A stretch of DNA of 60,666 bases, filler included. It is 7 parts of 7 records of this genome, joined end to end, with 100 filler letters (N's around TTAATTAATTAA, not from the genome) between each part and the next. Parts side by side here need not be neighbours in the genome. Positions count along the whole stretch, not along the records: positions 28,342 to 34,594 come from SRR31156797_91522; positions 34,695 to 41,250 come from SRR31156797_91567; 5 more parts are not named here. One strand, written 5' to 3'. The notes beneath the pieces were generated by a model, which made no database searches, was not told where the DNA came from, and saw nothing but the letters and a program-made list of their open reading frames with translations. The translations under genes and the position numbers were made by a program. Position 1 is the first letter of the stretch, and each line of letters starts with the position of its first letter. Shown here piece after piece: positions 30,566 through 38,898 of this stretch.

Positions 30566-32701
30566 CTATGTAGACAACTCGCCCAATGTCTTGAAATTTA
30601 TACGGAAGAGTATGGTATCGGTCGGTTCGATATCCCGATCCACGAAGAATGAACGACGCAGCGTGGTCGTGAACTCCAGGCATTCGTCTTCATAGGTCAG
30701 GTCGAGGCCCATCGACTGGGTTTCGTCCGATTCCAGATTATAGATTAGGGATCCGCCGGATCTCCAATGACGGTTGATTTTGCCAACCACGGAAGAACGG
30801 AATTCCTCACGTGAACTCGAAAACTCGTCCTCTTCCACCCGAGCGAAATAGACGTAGCTTGAACTGAATCTCAAAGCATCTGGACCTGCGCTCACCGAAA
30901 CTTCGTTTCTTTTCGCTTCGAAATTGTCCTTGTCCAATCGGGTCCTGTAGGTCAGGTCGAATTTGTCGTTTGGCGATATCTGTGCCCGAAGAACGACATC
31001 CGAGACATGGTCTTCCAGGCCGGAGCCCTCGGCGAAGGTGTCGTCCTCGCGCAGACGCGCGCTTTGTCCAACCAGGAATGACGATTGTCCGCCGCCAAGC
31101 CCGTACACACCCCAGCGAAGCCCGTAATTCACGCGTGGCCCGCCTTCGACCCGATCCAGACCCGGAAACCGATTGGCACTGAATAAATTGATGTCGTCGA
31201 ACTCGAAATCCTGGCTGTCTTCGTTTGGAATGGTGTCGGGGTTGCCGCCATAGGGGCTGACGATGACCGAAGCCATGGGTTCGAAGACGGAAAGAACCTT
31301 ATCGCCATAGGTCCGCGCGAACGGATAGCGCCAGTGCAACGCCATTTCATAGAGCAGTCGTTCGGTAAAGCCGTCGTGGTCGCTTTTGCCTGACCGCGAA
31401 AGGTCGTTCACATAATATCCGTCACCGCGCACCGACGCCGAAAACAGGTAGATATCGCCCTTAGGCGCAACATAGGGAACATCCCAGCCGGCGTCGACGG
31501 AGAAGCGCTGAGTGTCATTGCCGTCGTTTCTGGTCATCGACAGGACATTGGCGTCGAGGCGCGTACGTGAGCCGAACTTCCCCGGCTCTCCGACATGGCT
31601 GAAGTTCATTGCCGGTAATACCAGTGGTGTCGTTCCCGGATCGTCGCTCTGCTCCAAGCCTTGAAAGGCGTAAGCATCGACAGACACATAGTTCCTTTTT
31701 CGAAAGCCCTCCGCGTAGAGCCTGCTGGTCAGGGTCGATTCGGACCCGAAACCGTACCGACGCATATAGGTGTCGTCGGTTGCCCGCTCCGCTTCGAAAC
31801 CCATACGCCATGTATCGTCAAGATCGAATTTGCCTTCTGCATCGATATGGGCGCGGATGTCGTCTTCGGAATCCTCGGTAATGCTGGTATCGAATTCGAC
31901 CTCGCCTTTTTTGAATAGCCGACGGTATTCGGCGGCCATGACCGGACCTTCCTTGGACGTGTAGGTCGGCGTCAGCGTCAGGTCCTGCCATGGGTCGATA
32001 TTGAAATAATACGGGGTCGAAAAGACCGTTCCGAGGTCCGATGAGTTGCCGAAACTTGGAGTCAAAAGACCGGAGCGCCGTTTGACGGTCGGATCCGGGT
32101 GAGAAAAGTACGGCGTGTAAAGAACCGGAACCCCTGCGATCTCCAACCAGGCATCCTTGTAGGAAATCTCCTGACGGTTCTTGTCGTGGGTCACTTCGAC
32201 GGCCTTGACCTGCCAAAGCGGCGCCTTGGTCGGATCTTCGCGGCAGATATCGCAGGGGGAATAGACCGCTTTTCTAAGCTCGTGGATATTTCCGCCGGTT
32301 CGGCGCGCGCCGTTTGCGGCCAGGCGTGCGCCATCGCTGAGAATCAGCCGTATATCGCGGACGATCCCGTCCTTAAGATCTCCGGTCAATTCAACGTACT
32401 CGGAAAACAACACCTCACCGGTAGGTTCGACCAGCGTCACGTTGCCCTGCGCCGTCATGACGTCGTCGCGCTGATTGTAGGTTACCGAATCCGCCATCAG
32501 GATCCGGTCAAGGCGCGTGATTTCGACGCTCCCACGCGCCACAACGACACCCAATTCGCGGTCGTGGCTCAATTCGTCGGCCCGCAGCAGAACCGGAATG
32601 TCTCCCTCGTCGATTTGCTGCGCCGGGGCGTCGAACGAAAACGCCAGGAAAACCAGCATTCCCGCGATCGCCAATCCAAGCCTGGACGTTATTTTTTCCA
32701 T
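30566..32701 (-). CDS. lptD: LPS assembly protein LptD
   Basis: OstA-like N-terminus, YSPC..C, PV.Y.PYFSHPDPTVKRRSG.L.P, Y.DEC, C-terminal FKTLG. Confidence 0.95.
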   Translation of the reverse strand: MEKITSRLGLAIAGMLVFLAFSFDAPAQQIDEGDIPVLLRADELSHDRELGVVVARGSVEITRLDRILMADSVTYNQRDDVMTAQGNVTLVEPTGEVLFSEYVELTGDLKDGIVRDIRLILSDGARLAANGARRTGGNIHELRKAVYSPCDICREDPTKAPLWQVKAVEVTHDKNRQEISYKDAWLEIAGVPVLYTPYFSHPDPTVKRRSGLLTPSFGNSSDLGTVFSTPYYFNIDPWQDLTLTPTYTSKEGPVMAAEYRRLFKKGEVEFDTSITEDSEDDIRAHIDAEGKFDLDDTWRMGFEAERATDDTYMRRYGFGSESTLTSRLYAEGFRKRNYVSVDAYAFQGLEQSDDPGTTPLVLPAMNFSHVGEPGKFGSRTRLDANVLSMTRNDGNDTQRFSVDAGWDVPYVAPKGDIYLFSASVRGDGYYVNDLSRSGKSDHDGFTERLLYEMALHWRYPFARTYGDKVLSVFEPMASVIVSPYGGNPDTIPNEDSQDFEFDDINLFSANRFPGLDRVEGGPRVNYGLRWGVYGLGGGQSSFLVGQSARLREDDTFAEGSGLEDHVSDVVLRAQISPNDKFDLTYRTRLDKDNFEAKRNEVSVSAGPDALRFSSSYVYFARVEEDEFSSSREEFRSSVVGKINRHWRSGGSLIYNLESDETQSMGLDLTYEDECLEFTTTLRRSFFVDRDIEPTDTILFRINFKTLGELST

Positions 32702-32707
32702 ATTGCC

Positions 32708-33808
32708 CTAACCATCTTCGAGATGAAGCAACATGGCAAGCCCAAGAAGCGTCGCGACGGTTGCCGGCGTCCACGCCGCCAGTTCCACCGGCAGGCTGTT
32801 TGACAGGCCAAGGGCAAATACGATGTCCTGGAAAAAATACAGGGCAAACCCGAACAGAACACCGCTGCCGATAACCCATACGGCGCCGCCGCGCCGGGAA
32901 TGGCGCAAGGTGAAGGTGGCGGCAATAAGAATCATGGCGCACATCATCAGTGGCGCAGCCAGCAACGAATGCCATTGCAGGCGGTGCCGCTGAGCCGAGA
33001 AACCGGCTTTTTCGAGCGTCGCGATAAATTCCGGCAAATCCCAAAACGACATGGTTTCCGGTGTCGCAAAACTGTCCTGGATTTTGTCCAGCGTGAGATC
33101 CGTTGCCAGCCAATGTTCTTTTTCGAATTCAGGCATCTGTTCGGGTTCCGAAATCCGCGCATTGGTCAAATGCCAGAATCCGTCCTCCAAAACCGCCAGG
33201 TCGGCATCGATGCGGCCGACGAATTTGTTCTCGCCTTCATAGATAAATACGATGACGTTTCTCAGCTCGATATCCCGATTTTGCTGAAGAACGTGTGTCG
33301 CGAAGATGACCGACTGATTGGTCTCGTCGGATTGGCGAAGCCAGATGCCGCCTTTGGAAAGCGCCAGCAAACTGACCTGGCCCTTGAACTGTATCGATTC
33401 CAGGCGTTCGAACCGTGTCAAAAAGGTAGCCGCCAGCGGATTGATGACGGTGATTTTGCCGATGCCTAACAGGAAGCCGAGGATCAAGATCGGAAACAGG
33501 AATTGCCAGGCCGATACGCCGGCGGCGCGGGTAACGACGAGTTCGTGATGCCGGGTTAAACGCCAGAACACGGTCATCGCCCCGAACAAGGCGGCGAACG
33601 GAAAGATCTTCTGGCCCATATACGGCAGCTTGAGCAAAGCCATCTCGAAGACTGCAGACAACGGGATTTGAGGTTTCGAAGCCGTCCGGCGCAACAGTTC
33701 GATGACGTCGAAGGTCAGGATGATCATCATGAATATGCCGAACAGCAGAAAGAAACCGGTGACGAAATGCCGTCCGATGTAAAACGATAGGGTCGAAGAC
33801 ATGCGCAT
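32708..33808 (-). CDS. lptG: LPS export permease LptG
   Basis: EL.V.RAAGVSAWQ, WLRQ, SFWDLP; six TM helices with a periplasmic domain. Confidence 0.93.
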   Translation of the reverse strand: MRMSSTLSFYIGRHFVTGFFLLFGIFMMIILTFDVIELLRRTASKPQIPLSAVFEMALLKLPYMGQKIFPFAALFGAMTVFWRLTRHHELVVTRAAGVSAWQFLFPILILGFLLGIGKITVINPLAATFLTRFERLESIQFKGQVSLLALSKGGIWLRQSDETNQSVIFATHVLQQNRDIELRNVIVFIYEGENKFVGRIDADLAVLEDGFWHLTNARISEPEQMPEFEKEHWLATDLTLDKIQDSFATPETMSFWDLPEFIATLEKAGFSAQRHRLQWHSLLAAPLMMCAMILIAATFTLRHSRRGGAVWVIGSGVLFGFALYFFQDIVFALGLSNSLPVELAAWTPATVATLLGLAMLLHLEDG

Positions 33809-33829
33809 GATTTCCTGCCTCCGATCCGG

Positions 33830-34594
33830 CTATGACGCCGCCGGCGCGGCTTTTCGCCGACGCCAGTCGGTTGCCCGCATCATTGCCACGAAACCGATGA
33901 GCATGGGGGCCAGAGAATTTGCATACAGGAGTGGCACATACTCCAGGTGCCGCGCGCAAAAATACTGAAGCGACAGGGTTCCGGTCTGCAGTGCGACCAA
34001 TAGGAAGATGGCAAGGAATACCCGTTTGGTTTGCGATCGCCTGGTAAATGCTCCGGACAACAGGCAGGCAAGGCCGATGACGGTGAAACTGAGGGAAAGC
34101 AACGGCGTCGCCAACCGGTTGTGGGCCTCCATCGTGAATTTGCCGATATCCTGTTCGGCAACGGTTGGGTCGTTTTCGGCGTCCAATAGTTCCTCAATAG
34201 TGCGTTCGCGCGCTTCGCGATAGCGGGTTCCGGGGCTCTTGACGATATCGCCGAGGTCAACCGTCGAGCGATCGTAATAGAGCATGGTCAGCCGACCGGT
34301 TGCCCGTTCCATCTCCTGGCGATTGCCGTCAAAAAGCACCAAACGGGCCCCTTCCGCGGTTTCGACCAGAGCGCCGCGTTCGGCCATGTAGGTGGTCGGT
34401 TTTTCTCTGTCGCGGTTGTCGTGGACTAGCAGTCCCTGCAATTGTGCGTCCGGCGAGCGCTCCCGCAAATAAACGGTCAGATCCCCGCCGAGGCTGTTGA
34501 ACGCGCCTTCCTCGAGGATGATGTGAGACAGGCTGTAACGGAGCTGCCACTGCATTTCACGGAAAGTCCGCCATGATTCCGGTATGACGAACAG
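33830..34594 (-). CDS. lptF: LPS export permease LptF (5' truncated)
   Basis: EG.FN, TVY.RER, VHDNR, AE.G, EAHNR...P; directly upstream of lptG. Confidence 0.9.
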   Translation of the reverse strand: MFVIPESWRTFREMQWQLRYSLSHIILEEGAFNSLGGDLTVYLRERSPDAQLQGLLVHDNRDREKPTTYMAERGALVETAEGARLVLFDGNRQEMERATGRLTMLYYDRSTVDLGDIVKSPGTRYREARERTIEELLDAENDPTVAEQDIGKFTMEAHNRLATPLLSLSFTVIGLACLLSGAFTRRSQTKRVFLAIFLLVALQTGTLSLQYFCARHLEYVPLLYANSLAPMLIGFVAMMRATDWRRRKAAPAAS

Positions 34595-34694
34595 NNNNNN
34601 NNNNNNNNNNNNNNNNNNNNNNNNNNNNNNNNNNNNNNTTAATTAATTAANNNNNNNNNNNNNNNNNNNNNNNNNNNNNNNNNNNNNNNNNNNN
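34595..34694. other. Artificial contig spacer
   Basis: N-run with central TTAATTAATTAA. Confidence 0.99.
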
Positions 34695-34918
34695 CCACCG
34701 CCACGCGCCCGGCGGGATGATCTGAGCATCACTTGAGTTTTCAGGGTGCTGCCTTGCCCCGTACATCGCTGCCACTCCTCGCAACAGAACCCGGCCTTTC
34801 CGTCCGTGCCGTGCGCTACCCGGCGTGCGAAACGCAGGCCTGATGCCAAGGTCAGGGGGAACTTCCGCTTGCTCGCTGGATCGTCATGAGTTCCATTACG
34901 ATCGCAGTGAGACGAAAT

Positions 34919-35110
34919 CGGCCCCCCGCTCCGCGGAACTCACAACCCCCACGGCATATGAATCCTTCCCATCCAGCGTCGGTATCCACTGGCATCTCAA
35001 CGCACCGGACTGCCAAGCAGCGCAGTCCATATCCGCTATGGCAGTGGGTTTCGCTTCCCGTCAGGTTACAGGTCACCACGAAGAACGTCCACCGCCCGAG
35101 CGAACCGTAC
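34919..35110 (-). ncRNA. ssrS: Probable 6S RNA
   Basis: About 190 nt whose ends pair (CGGTTCGCTC..GCGG with CCGC.GAGCG...GGCCG), a large weakly paired central region and an apical CACTG/CAGTG plus GGACTGC/GCAGTCC stem. It has its own promoter and lies just downstream of pheT, a common 6S location. No covariance-model search was run. Confidence 0.55.
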
Positions 35111-35116
35111 AACACC

Positions 35117-35143
35117 ATTATACCAGAAATCGCCTGGCGGCAA
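35117..35143 (-). promoter_or_regulatory. Sigma70 promoter for the ncRNA
   Basis: Extended -10 TGGTATAAT (TATAAT at 35122-35117) with TTGCCG 15 nt upstream. Confidence 0.65.
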
Positions 35144-35201
35144 GCCAGGAAAATGGGGGTTGGGTGGGATGGGTACGAATGGGGCTATCCTGGGACTCGG
35201 G

Positions 35202-37217
35202 TCAGGCCGTCCGCAATTCGGCGCCCACGGCCTTCTCCAAACTCGCGACAATGGCCCCCTGGTAGCGATCGACGGTCTCGTGCGTCAGGGTCCCGTCTTC
35301 ATCACGGAAGCGCAGCGAGAGCGTCACGCTCTTCTTATCGGCCGCGATGCCCTTGCCCCGATAGATGTCCACAAACCGGATGTCCTCCAGTTCCGAGGGC
35401 GAACTGCTCCGGACGGCGTCGGCGATGGCCGCCCAAACCGTGCCGTCGGCCACGATAATCGACAGGTCGCGTTCGACGGCCGGGAAACGCGGGACCGGCC
35501 TGATCTTGACGGGACCGCCCTTCAGTCGCATCAACGCACCGAAGTCGAGTTCGGCGCCGCAGGGCGCCAGGTCTTTGAAATCGAAAGCATCCCGCACCGC
35601 CTGGGAAAACACGGCCGCCTGGCCGATGGCCGTTCCATTGACCCGTATCTCCGCTCCCGCTTCGGCCCAGGCCAAATCGATCGCGACGAAGTCCACCTCG
35701 GCCCGCCGCTCGATACTTCGGATCAGACCCTCGACGGCGCCGCGCAAGTGGCGCAGGTCGCCATCGCAAACCATCGCCAGTTTCGTCGCCTCGGCCGGCA
35801 AAGCCTCCTGGGGCCCGGAGGGAGCAAACGTATCGGCGATCTCGTAGACGCGACACGGGAGATTCTTGGCGTTGACATTGGTCTTCAGCACGGTCAGCAG
35901 TGAACCGAGCACCGTCTGGCGCAACAGGTTAGCACTCTTGCGTGAGGCATCTCTGACCCCCAGCACCTCGGCTTCGCCTCCGCCGGCAAACAACCGAGCG
36001 ATGGCCTGGTCGATGAATGTGACGGTGGCGGTTTCATAGAACCCGCAACCATTGAGGAAGGCCCCGATGGACTCGGTCAGCTTCTGCCGCGGATCGGCCG
36101 CGACGGCTTCGATTTGGATTCGCCTGCGCGTGGGAACCTTGTCGTAGCCGTAGACGCGCGCGACCTCTTCGATCAGATCCACCTCGCGGTGGATGTCACT
36201 GCGCCACGTCGGCGCCGTACACGTCACCGTATCGTCGGCCAGCTGGGGCGCGAAATACAGCGACGAAAAAATGTTCATCACCGCATCGGTGGGCACCTCG
36301 ATGCCCAGCAGCTTGTTCAGCCGCGACAGCCGCAGGGTGACCCGTTCAGGCGCGGGCTTTTTCGGATAGGCATCCACCACGCCCTGGGCCACGCGCCCAC
36401 CCGCCACCTGGACGATCAGTTGCGCCGTGCGCTTGGAGGCCCAGTCGACGCGCTCGATGTCCACGATGCGTTCAAAGCGGAAAGCCGCATCGGAAGGCAG
36501 CACCAGCCGCCGGGCCGTGGTCCGCACACAGACCGGATCGAAATAGGCATCCTCCAGGAGGATCGTCGTCGTGGCCTCACTCACCTCGGTCTTCAAGCCT
36601 CCCATCACACCGGCGATCCCCACCGGCTGCTTCGCGTCGGCAATCACGAGCATCTCAGGCGTCAACTCGCACTGGGAGCCATCGATACTGACGATCCGCT
36701 CACCGGGCACGGCACGCCGCACCACGATCTTGCCCCCCTCTATCGTGCCGGCGTCAAACGCATGCGGCGGCTGGCCCGTTTCCATCATCGCATAGTTGGT
36801 TGCGTCGACGACGTTGTTGACGCTCCGCAGGCCAATGGCCTCCAGACGCCGGACCATCCAATCGGGGGACGCGCCGACCTTGACACCCTCGATGACGCGC
36901 GCCGTGTATCGGCCGCACAGATCGGGCTCGGCGATCTCCACCTGGACATACTCGGAGGCCGCTCTGTCGGCTTCGTCCAACTCGACCTGGGGCAGCTTCA
37001 GTTCCCGGCCCGTGGCCGCCGCCAATTCCCGCGCCACGCCGATATGGCTCAGACAGTCGCCCCGATTGCTCGTCACCTCGACATCCAGCACGACATCGTC
37101 CCCGACGCGGTCGATCCCTTCGCAGGGAAAGCCCTGATCGCTCAGGATATCGGCGATCGCCTCGGCCTCCAGGCCCGTCTCGATATAGTCATTCAGCCAG
37201 TCCAGCGAAATCTTCAT
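35202..37217 (-). CDS. pheT: Phenylalanine-tRNA ligase beta subunit, short form lacking B2
   Basis: MKIS..WL, TSNRGDCLS..GVARE, NNVVDATNY, E.GQP.HAFD, RFER, DLIEEVAR.YGY, FP.V.RD, TLT. Confidence 0.96.
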   Translation of the reverse strand: MKISLDWLNDYIETGLEAEAIADILSDQGFPCEGIDRVGDDVVLDVEVTSNRGDCLSHIGVARELAAATGRELKLPQVELDEADRAASEYVQVEIAEPDLCGRYTARVIEGVKVGASPDWMVRRLEAIGLRSVNNVVDATNYAMMETGQPPHAFDAGTIEGGKIVVRRAVPGERIVSIDGSQCELTPEMLVIADAKQPVGIAGVMGGLKTEVSEATTTILLEDAYFDPVCVRTTARRLVLPSDAAFRFERIVDIERVDWASKRTAQLIVQVAGGRVAQGVVDAYPKKPAPERVTLRLSRLNKLLGIEVPTDAVMNIFSSLYFAPQLADDTVTCTAPTWRSDIHREVDLIEEVARVYGYDKVPTRRRIQIEAVAADPRQKLTESIGAFLNGCGFYETATVTFIDQAIARLFAGGGEAEVLGVRDASRKSANLLRQTVLGSLLTVLKTNVNAKNLPCRVYEIADTFAPSGPQEALPAEATKLAMVCDGDLRHLRGAVEGLIRSIERRAEVDFVAIDLAWAEAGAEIRVNGTAIGQAAVFSQAVRDAFDFKDLAPCGAELDFGALMRLKGGPVKIRPVPRFPAVERDLSIIVADGTVWAAIADAVRSSSPSELEDIRFVDIYRGKGIAADKKSVTLSLRFRDEDGTLTHETVDRYQGAIVASLEKAVGAELRTA

Positions 37218-37254
37218 GAAGCCTGTCCTTACGAGTGTCCATTATTGGGCCCAT

Positions 37255-37283
37255 AGACTACCGGCCCGGCCCGGCCCTGTCAA
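37255..37283 (-). promoter_or_regulatory. Sigma70 promoter of pheT
   Basis: TTGACA (37283-37278), 17-nt spacer, TAGTCT (37260-37255). Confidence 0.75.
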
Positions 37284-37404
37284 CCGTCGCCGCACGAGGA
37301 CGCTTGGGCGTGCCTGTCTAGGTTGCAGGGCATCCCATTGGGACCCTTCCACTCTGGTCGCCCGGATTCGCTATGCTACGACGCCCATCGCCTCTCTTGG
37401 ATAA

Positions 37405-37430
37405 GGGTAGGCACAGAGACCTACCCCTAC
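37405..37430 (-). repeat. GTAG-type REP element
   Basis: Minus strand GTAG-GGGTAGG-TCTCTGTG-CCTACCC: GTAG tetranucleotide followed by a GC-rich hairpin. Confidence 0.6.
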
Positions 37431-37522
37431 GCCATTCCGGGGGGGGCAAGTATGCCAGGATGCCTTCAGAAACACGTGGGCATTGAACGCGGGTACGGGT
37501 GTTCCGGGGCAACGGACAACTG

Positions 37523-38086
37523 CTAGGTTACCGCTGTTCCAACCGGAGCCGATGGCCCTTTGTCGATCCGCCGGCGCGAAGCCACGACGAGCATGGAGTA
37601 GACCAACGACCCGGCGACCACAGGCGGCAACAGCAATATCGCCAACTGCCACGGGATGATTGTCCACGCCAAAATCTTAGCGATGATCGTCCGAGCCAAA
37701 ATGGTACCGCAAACAGCGAGCAGGCCTGCCCATCCCACGATGGCCAAACCTCCGGCCAGCAAGAGGAGCGCGTTCCGCAAGAATGCGCGAGTGTACGTTC
37801 CGGTCCCTTCGAGTGGGCGGGCGACAGCCGGGCCAATGAGCCTCGCATTCAGAATCGCAACTGGGACCATCGAGATCAAGCAGAGGATGGCGTAAATGCC
37901 CACCGCGAACGGATTATGGTCGGGATTGACGACTTCAACATAGGTCCCCCACGCAAAGAACCAAACGGGCACACTGATGATCGTGACCACAACACAGCAC
38001 ACCACCGGCCCGCGAGACCTGCCGTCAATGACATCCGACCGAACCGCCGCTGAAATACCCTGAGATGTCTCGCCTGTTTCAGACAC
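37523..38086 (-). CDS. Hypothetical multi-pass membrane protein (187 aa)
   Basis: C-terminal part of the 416-aa ORF; GAGGAG RBS before GTG 38086; about four hydrophobic helices. Confidence 0.6.
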   Translation of the reverse strand: MSETGETSQGISAAVRSDVIDGRSRGPVVCCVVVTIISVPVWFFAWGTYVEVVNPDHNPFAVGIYAILCLISMVPVAILNARLIGPAVARPLEGTGTYTRAFLRNALLLLAGGLAIVGWAGLLAVCGTILARTIIAKILAWTIIPWQLAILLLPPVVAGSLVYSMLVVASRRRIDKGPSAPVGTAVT

Positions 38087-38311
38087 GTTCAACTCCTCTC
38101 CTCTGCCAAGCCAAACCGCCACATTCGTCGCAACCGATCCTATTGTATCATCCCCATACGACCGGACCAAGGCAAAACAGCCAAGCGTGCCATAGCGGAC
38201 GAGAGTCTTGCCAGCGGGGCGCGTTTCGGATAGGCTGAGAGCCAACGCGAAGGGCGGATGCCCGGTTCTTGCCGCCCTGGAAATAGGATCTTCCAATAAA
38301 GGAGACCTGTC

Positions 38312-38851
38312 ATGAAGAGACGGACTGTGGTCCTCACGCTGATGGCATGTTTGGCGAGCTGCCTGCTCATCGCCGGAGCCGCCCAGACAGCCAGCATGAA
38401 GAAGATGTTTTCCCGGTCGACCATCGATATCGGGGTCGTGGTCAGTGACGTGGAGAAGGCGGCCCAGTTCTACACGGAGGCGGTGGGTTTCACCGAAGTC
38501 CAGGGCTTCGACGTCTCGCCTCAACTGGCGGGCGATTCCGGGCTGACCGACCACCACGCCTTCAAAGTGCGGGTCTTCGTCCTGGCCGACGAGCCGGACG
38601 CCACCCGGCTCAAACTTATGGAAGTCCCGGACGCGGCCCCCAAGAAAACGGACCAGCAATATATCAGTTCGAGCCTGGGCTTCAGCTATCTGACCGTCCT
38701 GGTTTCCGATACGAAAGCGGCCGTCGAACGAGCCAAGGCCGCCGGCGTTAGTCCAGTGAAAGCCCCCTATCAATTGGGTGGCAACAACTACCTGACCCTG
38801 CTGAAAGACCCGGACGGCAATATCGTCGAACTGGTCGGGCCCACGAACTAG
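38312..38851 (+). CDS. VOC/glyoxalase family protein with signal peptide
   Basis: AAGGAG RBS, Sec-type leader, IGVVVSDVEKAAQFY..AVGF, KDPDGNIVELV. Confidence 0.88.
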   Translation: MKRRTVVLTLMACLASCLLIAGAAQTASMKKMFSRSTIDIGVVVSDVEKAAQFYTEAVGFTEVQGFDVSPQLAGDSGLTDHHAFKVRVFVLADEPDATRLKLMEVPDAAPKKTDQQYISSSLGFSYLTVLVSDTKAAVERAKAAGVSPVKAPYQLGGNNYLTLLKDPDGNIVELVGPTN

Positions 38852-38898
38852 CGGACCGTGCCCGGTCGCCCCAAACGCGAAACAGAGGAAGACAGCGA

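Noticed and set aside
28342..34594. Novelty in the alphaproteobacterial segment
   Set aside because: Standard lptF-lptG-lptD-surA-pdxA order with short spacers; nothing unexplained.
34783..34800. AACAGAACCCGGCC resembles the 3' conserved region of RNase P RNA on the plus strand
   Set aside because: Reads GGCCTTT rather than GGCTTA, and the expected upstream AGAT.AATG and GAGCAA elements are not evident; an RF00010 search would settle it.
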